This document shows, one piece after another, positions 1-8,716 of a stretch of 64,000 nucleotides of DNA. Position 1 is the first letter of the stretch; the number at the start of each line of letters is the position of its first letter. A program made the translations under genes and the position numbers. The notes under the pieces were generated by a model. The model saw nothing but the letters and a program-made list of their open reading frames with translations, searched no databases and had not been told where the DNA came from. Origin of the DNA: Chlamydiota bacterium (GTDB lineage Bacteria > Chlamydiota > Chlamydiia > Chlamydiales > JAAKFR01); NCBI GenBank assembly GCA_013288105.1, contig JABDCM010000002.1:3441-67440 (forward strand), written 5' to 3'.

Positions 1-130
1 GATCCAATTCTCGCAAAGCCCCATTGAGGGGATTTGCTTCGAATAGGATCTCGTAATCTGCTCAATGCCTTCTCAGCATTTTCTAGACATTCCTTAAATT
101 ATACTGACGTTAATCTTTTTTCGGAGAAAA

Positions 131-649
131 GTGATGACAGAACAGGTGACTTTTAAGGGAGCTGCCCTAACGTTATCAGGTGGTTTGCCTAAGGTGGGGG
201 AAAAATTTCCGGAGTGCACATTGGTCAATCAGGAGATGCAGTCTATCAAGTTATCCTCTTTGCAGGGCAAGCCTCTTCTGATTTTGAGTGTTCCCTCTTT
301 GGATACAGAAGTATGTCAAAAGGAGGGGCGCCGTTTTCATATGGAAGTGGCTAAATTTGAAAGCAAAGTGCAACTCATCATCGTAAGTATGGATCTTCCT
401 TTTGCGCAAAAAAGATGGTGTGGACAAGAGGGGATCAAGAATATGGTGACCCTCTCTGATTTTAAATATAAAGATTTTGCACATAAATTAGGATTAGAGA
501 TCAAGGAGCTTGGTCTTTTAGCGCGCGCGGTCTTTCTTTGTGATCATAAAATGGTGTTGCGTCAAGTACATCTTGTGAAAGAGATCACCAACGAGCCTCC
601 TTACACGGTTGTGATTGAGCAACTCAATCATCTTTTAGCTAAAACATGA
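131..649 (+). CDS. tpx: thiol peroxidase (Tpx-type atypical 2-Cys peroxiredoxin)
   Basis: 172-aa ORF. It carries the Tpx peroxidatic-Cys box SVPSLDTEVC and a downstream KRWCG. GTG/ATG start pair at 131/134. Confidence 0.88.
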   Translation: MMTEQVTFKGAALTLSGGLPKVGEKFPECTLVNQEMQSIKLSSLQGKPLLILSVPSLDTEVCQKEGRRFHMEVAKFESKVQLIIVSMDLPFAQKRWCGQEGIKNMVTLSDFKYKDFAHKLGLEIKELGLLARAVFLCDHKMVLRQVHLVKEITNEPPYTVVIEQLNHLLAKT

Positions 650-1344
650 TACACATACGCCGTTCCTTAGAGAGAGGGTATGAGAATAAGGGATGGCTTC
701 AAACCTATCATACCTTTTCTTTCGATACCTATTATGATCCTCAATTTTTAGGATACCACTCTGTCCGTGTGATTAATGAGGAGATTTTGCAAGGAGGCAA
801 GGGGTATGGGGCTCACTTTCATAAAGAGATTGAGCTGATTACTTATGTTTTGGAAGGAATTTTGGAATACCAGGATAATGCAGGTAGAACAGGGGTGATT
901 AGGCCAGGTGAGGTGCAATTATTGAGTGCAGGAACTGGGATTACTCATAATGAGTATAATTTGTCACAACATTTACCTGTGCATTTTATACAAATTTGGG
1001 TAGAGCCTGAGCAATTTGGTGGAGAGGCAACCTATGCACAGAAGCTTTTTTCTTCGGCTGCCAAGTGGGGGCAGTGGCGTTTATTGATTTCAAATAATGG
1101 TCGAGAGGGGTCTTTGAGGGTTCATCAGGATTTTGATCTTTATACGACGCTATTGGAGGAAAAAGAGGTCATTGCTTTTCCTGCTTTAGAAGACAGATAT
1201 TATTGGGTACAGGTGATTTCGGGCAAATTTTTTGTTCAGGATCTACTTTTGGAAGCAGGGGATGGGGCTTCTCTGATCAATGAGTCTACCATTGAGTTTA
1301 AATGCATTGAGGGTGGGGAGCTGCTCTTTCTAGACCAGGCCTAA
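646..1344 (+). CDS. pirin-family cupin protein (YhhW-like)
   Basis: 232 aa. The N-terminus ERGYENKGWLQTYHTFSF..YYDP and the cupin region HFHKEIELITYVLEG match the pirin family. A 4-nt ATGA overlap with tpx suggests co-transcription. Confidence 0.8.
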   Translation: MIHIRRSLERGYENKGWLQTYHTFSFDTYYDPQFLGYHSVRVINEEILQGGKGYGAHFHKEIELITYVLEGILEYQDNAGRTGVIRPGEVQLLSAGTGITHNEYNLSQHLPVHFIQIWVEPEQFGGEATYAQKLFSSAAKWGQWRLLISNNGREGSLRVHQDFDLYTTLLEEKEVIAFPALEDRYYWVQVISGKFFVQDLLLEAGDGASLINESTIEFKCIEGGELLFLDQA

Positions 1345-1348
1345 TTAA

Positions 1349-1383
1349 ATCGACCCGCAGTACCTGCGGTAACTTTTACAAAT
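1349..1383. repeat. 35-bp repeat containing a CCGCAG-TAC-CTGCGG hairpin; second copy at 22702-22736
   Basis: ATCGACCCGCAGTACCTGCGGTAACTTTTACAAAT differs at 1 of 35 positions from 22702-22736. It lies 5 nt after the pirin stop. A related hairpin CCGCAG-GCA-CTGCGG at 1433-1447 lies just after the stop of the convergent permease gene. Confidence 0.7.
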
Positions 1384-1452
1384 TAATCGTCGCTGTAAGT
1401 TTTTCAAGCTCATGGATGACTAGCTATGTTTCCCGCAGGCACTGCGGTTCCT

Positions 1453-2853
1453 TTACCACAGATGGAAAAGCTTCCACCAAAAAGGACCAATCACTAACCA
1501 GAAAAAGATATTTAATAAACTGACAAAAAAACCAATCCTCCACCACGCCTTGACATCTACATAACCTGAGCCAAAAAAGAGGGGCGCCGCACTGCTCCCA
1601 TAATGCGTCAGACCACCAAAAAGACTGCTAGAAAAAGCAAAAACAAGAAGGGCTAGTGAGGGGGGAGTCCCAAGCCCTATCGCCATCATAAAAAAAGCGG
1701 GAAACATCGCCCCCACATGCGCAGTGCTGCTTGCAAAAAAATAGTGAGTATAAAAATAGACGATCTCTAAAATAATAAAGGCCACAGGCCACTCCATCCC
1801 CCCCACCATCCCAATCACCTGACCGCTTAACCAGGAAATAAAGCCAAATCGATTCAGAGCACTTGCCATCATAATAAGCGCTGCAAACCAAAAGAAGGTA
1901 TCCCAACCGGTCTCCTCCGCTGTCATCTCCTTCCAACTCAAAATGTCCGTAATCAAAAGAAGAGCCACACCTAAAAGAGCAGTAACCGTCGCATGAAGAG
2001 AGAAAAAACCCCCAAAAATCCACAGCAAAATCATTAAAATAAGAATGATCATCATAAACCACTCTCTTCTATCTAATTTTCCCATCTCAGCAAGTTTCTC
2101 TCGAGCATGGAAAACAGCATCCATAGACTCTTTGATAACAGGGGGATATATTTTATAAACTAACCAGGGCATGAAGATCAAACTCAAGATCCCAGGAAGA
2201 AGAGCTCCCAAAGCCCAGGTCCCCCACGACAAATGATAGCCCGCCTCCTCAGCCAGACCTGCCAAAAAGGGGTTTGCCGCCATCGCTGTCAAAAACATTG
2301 TGCTTGAAATAACAGAACCTTGATAGGCCACCTTCATCAGAAAAGAACCTACCCTTTTTTCAGTTCCTAAATGGGGATCACTTCCAAAGGATTTGGCCAA
2401 CCCTTGAACAATAGGAAAAATAATCCCTCCTGAGCGGGCAGTCACACTCGGAATCGCAGGAGCAAGAAGCACATCACTTAAGAGAATGCTATAACTTAAT
2501 CCCAAAGTCTTTTTGCCAAAAATCGAGATGAAGTAATAGGCGATTCTACTGCCTAATCCTGTTTTAATAAAGGCTCTAGCGATGAAAAAGGCAAAAAGAA
2601 CAAGCCAGGCAACATGACTTTGAAAGCCAGAAAGAGCCTCCTCTAAAGTGAGTGTATGTGTAAGAGTAGAAACAGCAAGGGAAATCAGCACAATTCCTCC
2701 AAGAGGAAGGGGCTTTAAGATAATTCCAAAAATAGTTGTGATGAAAATAGCAAATAGATGCCATGCTTTTAGAGAGACACCCACTGGCTCCGGACAGATC
2801 CAGATGAGAAATCCCATAAGAAAAAGGGTGAGGAGAATCAGAGAACGCTTCAC
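1453..2853 (-). CDS. DASS-family anion:sodium symporter (2-oxoglutarate/malate translocator-like, chlamydial YbhI type)
   Basis: 466-aa polytopic membrane ORF. The PSVTARSGGIIFP re-entrant-loop motif and overall layout are typical of divalent anion:Na+ symporters. GTG start. Confidence 0.8.
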   Translation of the reverse strand: MKRSLILLTLFLMGFLIWICPEPVGVSLKAWHLFAIFITTIFGIILKPLPLGGIVLISLAVSTLTHTLTLEEALSGFQSHVAWLVLFAFFIARAFIKTGLGSRIAYYFISIFGKKTLGLSYSILLSDVLLAPAIPSVTARSGGIIFPIVQGLAKSFGSDPHLGTEKRVGSFLMKVAYQGSVISSTMFLTAMAANPFLAGLAEEAGYHLSWGTWALGALLPGILSLIFMPWLVYKIYPPVIKESMDAVFHAREKLAEMGKLDRREWFMMIILILMILLWIFGGFFSLHATVTALLGVALLLITDILSWKEMTAEETGWDTFFWFAALIMMASALNRFGFISWLSGQVIGMVGGMEWPVAFIILEIVYFYTHYFFASSTAHVGAMFPAFFMMAIGLGTPPSLALLVFAFSSSLFGGLTHYGSSAAPLFFGSGYVDVKAWWRIGFFVSLLNIFFWLVIGPFWWKLFHLW

Positions 2854-3605
2854 ACTTCAAAACTCATATTTGTTAACCACTTTTCCATTTCACTGACCGT
2901 ATCCTCTATGAGTTCACTATTTTGGTGTAATTGAAAAAGATGGCTCTCTTTTTTCTCAGATAAAATTGTAGTGACGTCAGAAAGAGAGATATAGGTAGGA
3001 TCTATCAGTCGATCATAGAATGCGTGACTGATCTCCTCATAAATTTCATCTGGATAAAGCAGACACGCACTCATCACGAGATGATTCCAGACCAGAGAGG
3101 GAACCTTTTCAATTTTTTCTCGAAATAAGCTTTTAAAGTAGGAGACTACTTCACTTCGAGCAACATGTTTCACTCCCACCAGAGTCACAAGACTTGAAAG
3201 ACAGGCGCATCTCACATATTCATTGAGCGTAGAATTTTCTATCATCCGTTCTAGAGCAGCTGTTTTTTTTCCACAAACACTTGCTAATATACGGCTGATA
3301 TCCTCTGTTAACACATCTCCTGCAATTGCATGTGGAATATCCCCAGGAAAAGAGATCAGCTCAAGAATAAATGGAAAGGCCGCCTCCTCTCTGAATTGCG
3401 CTAAAAGATACATGGCGTAGAGATGCCCTTGATAATTATCATCTTCTACAATCTCATCGACTCTTTCTATTGCATCTTTTAGTATATCAAGAAGATAGGG
3501 TGTAATCTGTTCTTTTTTTGTGATGGCAGCTTCGATGGCATCTCGTGGAAGTTCTCCCATATCGTAAGCAAGCTCTTCTAGAATATGCGGAATTTCCATA
3601 AACAA
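2850..3605 (-). CDS. conserved hypothetical protein (DUF1186-like, from memory)
   Basis: 251-aa acidic soluble ORF. A 4-nt GTGA stop/start overlap with the downstream permease gene implies an operon. The family assignment is recalled, not searched. Confidence 0.5.
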   Translation of the reverse strand: MFMEIPHILEELAYDMGELPRDAIEAAITKKEQITPYLLDILKDAIERVDEIVEDDNYQGHLYAMYLLAQFREEAAFPFILELISFPGDIPHAIAGDVLTEDISRILASVCGKKTAALERMIENSTLNEYVRCACLSSLVTLVGVKHVARSEVVSYFKSLFREKIEKVPSLVWNHLVMSACLLYPDEIYEEISHAFYDRLIDPTYISLSDVTTILSEKKESHLFQLHQNSELIEDTVSEMEKWLTNMSFEV

Positions 3606-3702
3606 CAGTAGGCTTTAGAGTGTGATCAAGATCAAGAGGCCTGGTTATAGCATTTTGGAACTTTGGGAAAAACCTTTTTCTTTTCTGATCTATTTCGATG
3701 TA

Positions 3703-4617
3703 TCAATAGAACTGCCGCAGGACACAAGCAGCGCCGTAGGTGCCGCCGTCGGAAGGGTTGCGGTTCAAGTCGATGTCGAGGCCATTAGAACTAAAGCCTC
3801 CAACAATGACTGGATAGTTTAGAATCGCCTCTTCACAACGTGTATAGGTGGGTTCACTAAATAGTTGTCTTCCAGAACGTGCATATTCCGCAAAAATACA
3901 AACCACTGCTTCCAATAGGCGAGGGATGTGATAATTCTTACCGAGAGTAGTAACCCGTATTTGCTGGGCGCTGTAACTTTCTTTCTCGCTACCTGGAATA
4001 AGCTCCCTAGACATCATTACCCAATAAGAGCGAGCAATAGGTGTATCTCCACCTGCTACAGAACCCCATCCGCATCCATTTTTATAACCATTCTCAGACT
4101 TAGGAAAATAAAGGAGTTGCATAAGTTCTCCCAATGTTCGAAGAGTAAGAGGTTTTCCATTTACTGTTGCAGGAATCAGCACAGGCCGGAATGTCTCTTG
4201 TACAAGTTGTCCTCTCCAAATAGAACAAGGACGAAGTAAAAGAGCCTTCATATAAGGGGGAAAGGGCGGCTCTTCTCCTATGTCTACTTTAAAAGAACGA
4301 GCCCAGTCGGCTCTGCCAAATGCTGATTCGGGAAGGTGGAAAGCGATTACCAGAGGCCTTTCTACTGAAAGAGTTTGAAGTGCTACTTGTACAGTTTTCA
4401 ACTCTCGTATGTCCGCATCCCATTCTTGTTGTATAGCTTGGAGTGGATGCTGTTGTTCGGGCATAGCGCGTAGAGCCTCTGCTAGCTTCTCTCTTGTTTG
4501 TAAGAGGTGTGCAATCACTGAACCTATCCTCTGCTCAACTTCTGTTACAACCGTAGAGGGATCCTGATCAGTAGGAGCTCCTCTGCTTGCTTCTAAAAAG
4601 AGGGGGTAGCTAGCCAT
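3703..4617 (-). CDS. hypothetical protein, paralogue of 62349-63083 (candidate secreted effector)
   Basis: 304-aa ORF. The C-terminal ~175 aa align with the 244-aa ORF at 62349-63083: PRLLEAV/PRVLEAV, YTRCEE/YTCCME, PVIVGGF/PVIVGNF, YGAACV/YGVACV. Confidence 0.6.
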   Translation of the reverse strand: MASYPLFLEASRGAPTDQDPSTVVTEVEQRIGSVIAHLLQTREKLAEALRAMPEQQHPLQAIQQEWDADIRELKTVQVALQTLSVERPLVIAFHLPESAFGRADWARSFKVDIGEEPPFPPYMKALLLRPCSIWRGQLVQETFRPVLIPATVNGKPLTLRTLGELMQLLYFPKSENGYKNGCGWGSVAGGDTPIARSYWVMMSRELIPGSEKESYSAQQIRVTTLGKNYHIPRLLEAVVCIFAEYARSGRQLFSEPTYTRCEEAILNYPVIVGGFSSNGLDIDLNRNPSDGGTYGAACVLRQFY

Positions 4618-4784
4618 AACATCACCTGTTTGTAAAAATTATACGAAGGGGATAACTTAACGTGTGCGCGGAAAAAAATGCAAGATAAAAATGAGACTCT
4701 TGATGGGAGTAATTAAAAAAAAGTATTTTAATTAATAAACTGTTTGATATACTAAAAATAGTTACAGATTTTTGGTTATTTTGT

Positions 4785-5009
4785 ATGTTTAAGTTCGCGG
4801 CTGCTCTTATTATAATAGCAACTCCTCTTCTATCAGTAGAATCAGATCCTACTTTGAATGACTATTCCACAGATCCCTATTCTAACAATTATGATGATTC
4901 CTATAACTACTTCTACTTTCCCGAGAGTTATAACACAAATTCAGTAGAGGAGAGAGGTTCCTATTATGAAAGAGGAAATGGATACAATTATAGGGAAAAA
5001 AATGGTTAA
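4785..5009 (+). CDS. small secreted Tyr/Asn/Asp-rich protein
   Basis: 74 aa. N-terminal hydrophobic signal-like segment FKFAAALIIIATPLLSV. The mature part is low-complexity with about 11 Tyr. Confidence 0.45.
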   Translation: MFKFAAALIIIATPLLSVESDPTLNDYSTDPYSNNYDDSYNYFYFPESYNTNSVEERGSYYERGNGYNYREKNG

Positions 5010-5265
5010 ATATTTACAATCACTAGTAGTTACCTGTGCAGCAATCGCTGCTATCTTTTCTGCATCTCCTCTTCTTGCAGAGAAAAATGGGTGTCAATCA
5101 AGCGCTTGTCCTTGTCAAATGGGGACATGTGCGAAAGATTGCCCCTGCAGGCAGCAAAACTATTATTATAATTATGGATATTCCTATCCTTACAATTATG
5201 GGTATTATTATTATCCCCCAAGAAACCAAGGATATCCACGCTATTGGGGTGGCTATCGTCGATGA
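5002..5265 (+). CDS. small secreted Cys-cluster plus Tyr-rich protein
   Basis: The preferred start is ATG 5002 (MVKYLQSLVVTCAAIAAIFSASPLLA signal-like), preceded by AGGGA. It overlaps the stop of the upstream small ORF. It carries the cluster CQSSACPCQMGTCAKDCPC followed by the tail YYYNYGYSYPYNYGYYYYPP. Confidence 0.5.
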   Translation: MVKYLQSLVVTCAAIAAIFSASPLLAEKNGCQSSACPCQMGTCAKDCPCRQQNYYYNYGYSYPYNYGYYYYPPRNQGYPRYWGGYRR

Positions 5266-6203
5266 CAGGCGATAAAATGAGCGGGGGAAATTTCTCGCCA
5301 CTCGGGATGTGTCGTATAACAGGTGTCAATAGCTAAAGGACAACGACTAGAAAAAGGACAACCCTTAGGGGGATCTAAGGGATTGGGAATCTCGCTCTTT
5401 AAAAAAATGCGCTCCCTTTTTTTCTCTAAAATAGGATCTGGTATCGCAACAGCTGATAAGAGCGCTTGTGTATAAGGATGAAGGGGATTTTTATATATTT
5501 CTTCGCTCGGTCCTAACTCCATAAACTCTCCTAAATACATAACTGCTAAACGGGTAGCTAGAGATTTAACGGCTGCAAGATCATGAGAAATAAATAGATA
5601 AGTTAAATGCTTCTCTGTTTGTAACTGTTTGAGAAGATGAATAATCTGTGCTTGAATGGTGACATCTAGAGAAGAGATAGGTTCGTCACATACGATAAAT
5701 TGTGGACGAAGAGAAAGTGCACGTGCAATGGCTATGCGCTGTCTTTGTCCTCCGCTAAATTCATGGGGAAAACGTTCTTTATGCTCCTCTTCTAAACCGA
5801 CTAGTTGAAGCAGTTGAGAGATCTCTTTTTCTAGAGCAATTCCTTTTGCAACTTTATGGATATGAAAAGGTTCTGCAAGAATAGTGCGAATTTTCATATG
5901 AGGATCAAGGGAGTTATAGGGATCTTGAAAGATCATCTGCATCTTGCGACGCATCTTTTTCATCTCTTGTGGTGAGAGTTTTAAGAGCTCTTCTCCCTCA
6001 AAAAAGATTTTTCCGGATGAGGGGGTAACTAAACGAAGCAGAAGACGGCCCAGAGTAGATTTACCACTTCCACTTTCTCCTACAAGGCCTAAAGTTTCTC
6101 CAGAGTAAATAGAGAAGGAGAGGTTGTTGACTGCGCGGAGGATTTTTTTCCCCACGAGATAGTTTTTTGATAGTTTTTGAATGTCAATGAGTATTTTTTG
6201 CAT
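5253..6203 (-). CDS. oppF: oligopeptide ABC transporter ATP-binding protein
   Basis: Walker A GESGSGKST, signature FSGGQRQRIAIARAL, and the C-terminal oligopeptide-transporter extension HPYTQALL. Confidence 0.9.
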   Translation of the reverse strand: MQKILIDIQKLSKNYLVGKKILRAVNNLSFSIYSGETLGLVGESGSGKSTLGRLLLRLVTPSSGKIFFEGEELLKLSPQEMKKMRRKMQMIFQDPYNSLDPHMKIRTILAEPFHIHKVAKGIALEKEISQLLQLVGLEEEHKERFPHEFSGGQRQRIAIARALSLRPQFIVCDEPISSLDVTIQAQIIHLLKQLQTEKHLTYLFISHDLAAVKSLATRLAVMYLGEFMELGPSEEIYKNPLHPYTQALLSAVAIPDPILEKKRERIFLKSEIPNPLDPPKGCPFSSRCPLAIDTCYTTHPEWREISPAHFIACHRR

Positions 6204-7018
6204 TAAGAGATCCGAGGTACTGAAGACAAAAGTCTCTTTGTATAGGGGTGTTGCGGGGAATAATAGAGAGCTTCAACAGGGGCCGATTCTACAATTTTTC
6301 CCTCATGCATGACAAGTACATGTTGCGCAAATCTGGCTACAATCCCTAAATCATGTGTAATAAGAATAATACTTAAATTTCTCTTTTTTTGGATCTCTTC
6401 GAGAAGTGCAATGATTTGGGCTTGTACCGTCACGTCCAACGCAGTTGTGGGTTCATCTGCGATCAGTAATTTAGGTTGACAAGCAAGTGCCATCGCAAGG
6501 GCCACTCGTTGTCTCATTCCTCCACTCAATTCATGGGGGAATTGGTCTAGCCGCTTGTCTGGATTCGAGATCCCTACATCATGTAAAAGAGTAAGAGCTT
6601 GATCGCGAGCCTCTTTTCTTTTAAGTTTATGATGCTTAATAGCTCCCTCCATGATCTGTTTTCCGATACGCATCGTGGGATTGAGAGAGGTGAGAGGATC
6701 TTGAAAGATCATCCCTATGTGATTGCCTCTTATCTGTTCTAGCTCTTTTTGAGATTTCAACAGAAGGTCCTGCTGTTCGAATAATATTTTTCCCTGTTCT
6801 ATTGTGCCCATAGAGGTGGGGATCAAGCGGGTAATCGCAAGAGCCACGCTGCTTTTTCCTGATCCAGATTCTCCGACAATGGCTACATTTTCCCCCTTAT
6901 GAACGGAAAAAGAGATATCTCGGACGGCATCTACCTTTCCTCTCGAAGAGTGAAAAGAGACAACCAGATTTTCAACTTTCAACAGAATGTCATCTTCGTG
7001 ATTTGGGGTCGAAAGCAT
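6203..7018 (-). CDS. oppD: oligopeptide ABC transporter ATP-binding protein
   Basis: Walker A GESGSGKSS, signature LSGGMRQRVALAMAL, and C-terminal HPYTKRLL. Confidence 0.9.
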   Translation of the reverse strand: MLSTPNHEDDILLKVENLVVSFHSSRGKVDAVRDISFSVHKGENVAIVGESGSGKSSVALAITRLIPTSMGTIEQGKILFEQQDLLLKSQKELEQIRGNHIGMIFQDPLTSLNPTMRIGKQIMEGAIKHHKLKRKEARDQALTLLHDVGISNPDKRLDQFPHELSGGMRQRVALAMALACQPKLLIADEPTTALDVTVQAQIIALLEEIQKKRNLSIILITHDLGIVARFAQHVLVMHEGKIVESAPVEALYYSPQHPYTKRLLSSVPRIS

Positions 7019-7790
7019 GGTGAAGCCCTTCTCCTAAGAGGTTAAAAGATAACATAGTTATGCTAATAAAAAGCGCAGGAAAAAAAAGACGCCATGGATA
7101 GTAGCGAAGAGCGGGAAGGCCATCGTTGGCCATCGTTCCCCAGCTTGCCATAGGAGCTTGTACTCCAAGTCCAAGAAAACTTAAGAAAGCTTCAGAAAAA
7201 ATAGCGACAGGAATGGTGAGGGTTACTGTCACAATAATGGTACCTAACGTATTGGGAATAAGATGGTGGAATAAAATTCTTGAGCGACTGGCTCCCAAAG
7301 AGATAGTAGCTAATATGCAATCTTGTTCTTTTAATTGAAGAAATTCTCCTCTTACGATTCTAGCCATTCCAATCCAACCGGTGAGAGTGAGCGCTAAGAT
7401 AATGGGAAAGAGTCCAGATCCCATAACGACCATCAGCAAAATCACAGTCAAAAGATAGGGGATGGCGTAGAGAATATCTGCAATACGCATGAGAAGATTA
7501 TCGATTTTGGGAGTTGAAAGAGCTGCGATTCCCCCCCAGAGCACTCCTATCACAAGATCTCCACAGCCACTGGCGATTCCCACAAACAAAGAGATGCGAG
7601 CCCCCCAGGCAAGTCTTGTAAACATATCTCTTCCTAATTCATCTGTTCCAAACCAGAACTCTTGGGAGGGGGGGGAATTTTTTAGAGAAAGATTGGTCTC
7701 GTAATAACTGTGAGAAGAGAGAAGGGGTCCAAAAATGGCAAAAAGGGTGATTAAAATCAAAAGAGAGGCCGCAAACCAGGTGAGTTTCAT
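6990..7790 (-). CDS. oppC: oligopeptide ABC transporter permease
   Basis: 266-aa polytopic ORF with a BPD-transporter EAA-type loop (EAFLSFLGLG), in operon position between oppB and oppD. Confidence 0.85.
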   Translation of the reverse strand: MKLTWFAASLLILITLFAIFGPLLSSHSYYETNLSLKNSPPSQEFWFGTDELGRDMFTRLAWGARISLFVGIASGCGDLVIGVLWGGIAALSTPKIDNLLMRIADILYAIPYLLTVILLMVVMGSGLFPIILALTLTGWIGMARIVRGEFLQLKEQDCILATISLGASRSRILFHHLIPNTLGTIIVTVTLTIPVAIFSEAFLSFLGLGVQAPMASWGTMANDGLPALRYYPWRLFFPALFISITMLSFNLLGEGLHHAFDPKSRR

Positions 7791-8716
7791 GAGGGGGCTC
7801 TCCCTAATCTGATCCTAGGATCCATCCAGCCATAGGCCAGATCCACCAACAAGATTAAAGAGAGCAAGATCACGCTATAAAAGACCGTTAGCCCCATAAT
7901 GACCGTATAGTCCCTATTGGCAATGCTATTCACAAAAGCTTGTCCAAGACCTGGAATTCCAAAAATTTTCTCAATCACAAAACTACCTGTGAGAATATTT
8001 GCAGTTAAAGTCCCCACATAGGTGATGGTTGGAAGAAGAGAATTTCTAAGTGCATGACGGATAATAATTTGAACTTCTCCAATCCCTTTTGAACGGGCTG
8101 TTTTTATATAATCTTGGTTGAGAGCCTCGATGAGGTGATTACGCGTAAGACGTGTGATAAAAGCAGAGGGAAGGGCTGCTAAAGAGAGAGCTGGCAAGAG
8201 AGATTGTTGAAAGGTTCCCCACCGTGCAACAGGTAGAAGATCTAATTTAATAGCAAAAAGGTACTGCAAGAAAGCGGCTAAGATAAAACTTGGAACGGAA
8301 ATTCCCAAAACGGATAGAAGATGTGCGCTGATATCTTGCCATTTATTTTTTTTCAGTGCAGCTATCGTACCCAATGTAAGACCGAAAGTCACAGCAAGCA
8401 GGAGGGCTTCTAGCCCTAAAAGAGCTGAAACAGGAAACCCTTTATTAATGATATCATTTACAGTGCGCGACTTATATTTAAAAGAGGGGCCTAAATCCCA
8501 TTTAGCAATCGATTTAAGATAGTTCCCATACTGGATATACCAGGGATCATTGAGTTTGTAGTGTTCATAAAGGGATTGAAGAATTTCAGGAGGAAGTGCT
8601 TTTTCCTCTGTGAAAGGATCTCCAGGTAGCCCTTTCATAAGAAAAAAGGTGATCGTGATGATGACCCAGATAGCGATTATATTAGAGAGGATTCTTCCTA
8701 AAAAATAGCGTTTCAC
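7787..8716 (-). CDS. oppB: oligopeptide ABC transporter permease
   Basis: 309 aa. The N-terminus RYFLGRIL...LPGDP is typical of OppB/DppB. It also has YIKTARSKG and a 4-nt overlap with oppC. Confidence 0.85.
   Translation of the reverse strand: MKRYFLGRILSNIIAIWVIITITFFLMKGLPGDPFTEEKALPPEILQSLYEHYKLNDPWYIQYGNYLKSIAKWDLGPSFKYKSRTVNDIINKGFPVSALLGLEALLLAVTFGLTLGTIAALKKNKWQDISAHLLSVLGISVPSFILAAFLQYLFAIKLDLLPVARWGTFQQSLLPALSLAALPSAFITRLTRNHLIEALNQDYIKTARSKGIGEVQIIIRHALRNSLLPTITYVGTLTANILTGSFVIEKIFGIPGLGQAFVNSIANRDYTVIMGLTVFYSVILLSLILLVDLAYGWMDPRIRLGRAPS

Noticed and set aside
1-130. Possible minus-strand gene start near position 90 running off the window
   Set aside because: The candidate ATG is followed by a stop after five codons. 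The region is treated as the tpx upstream or promoter region.
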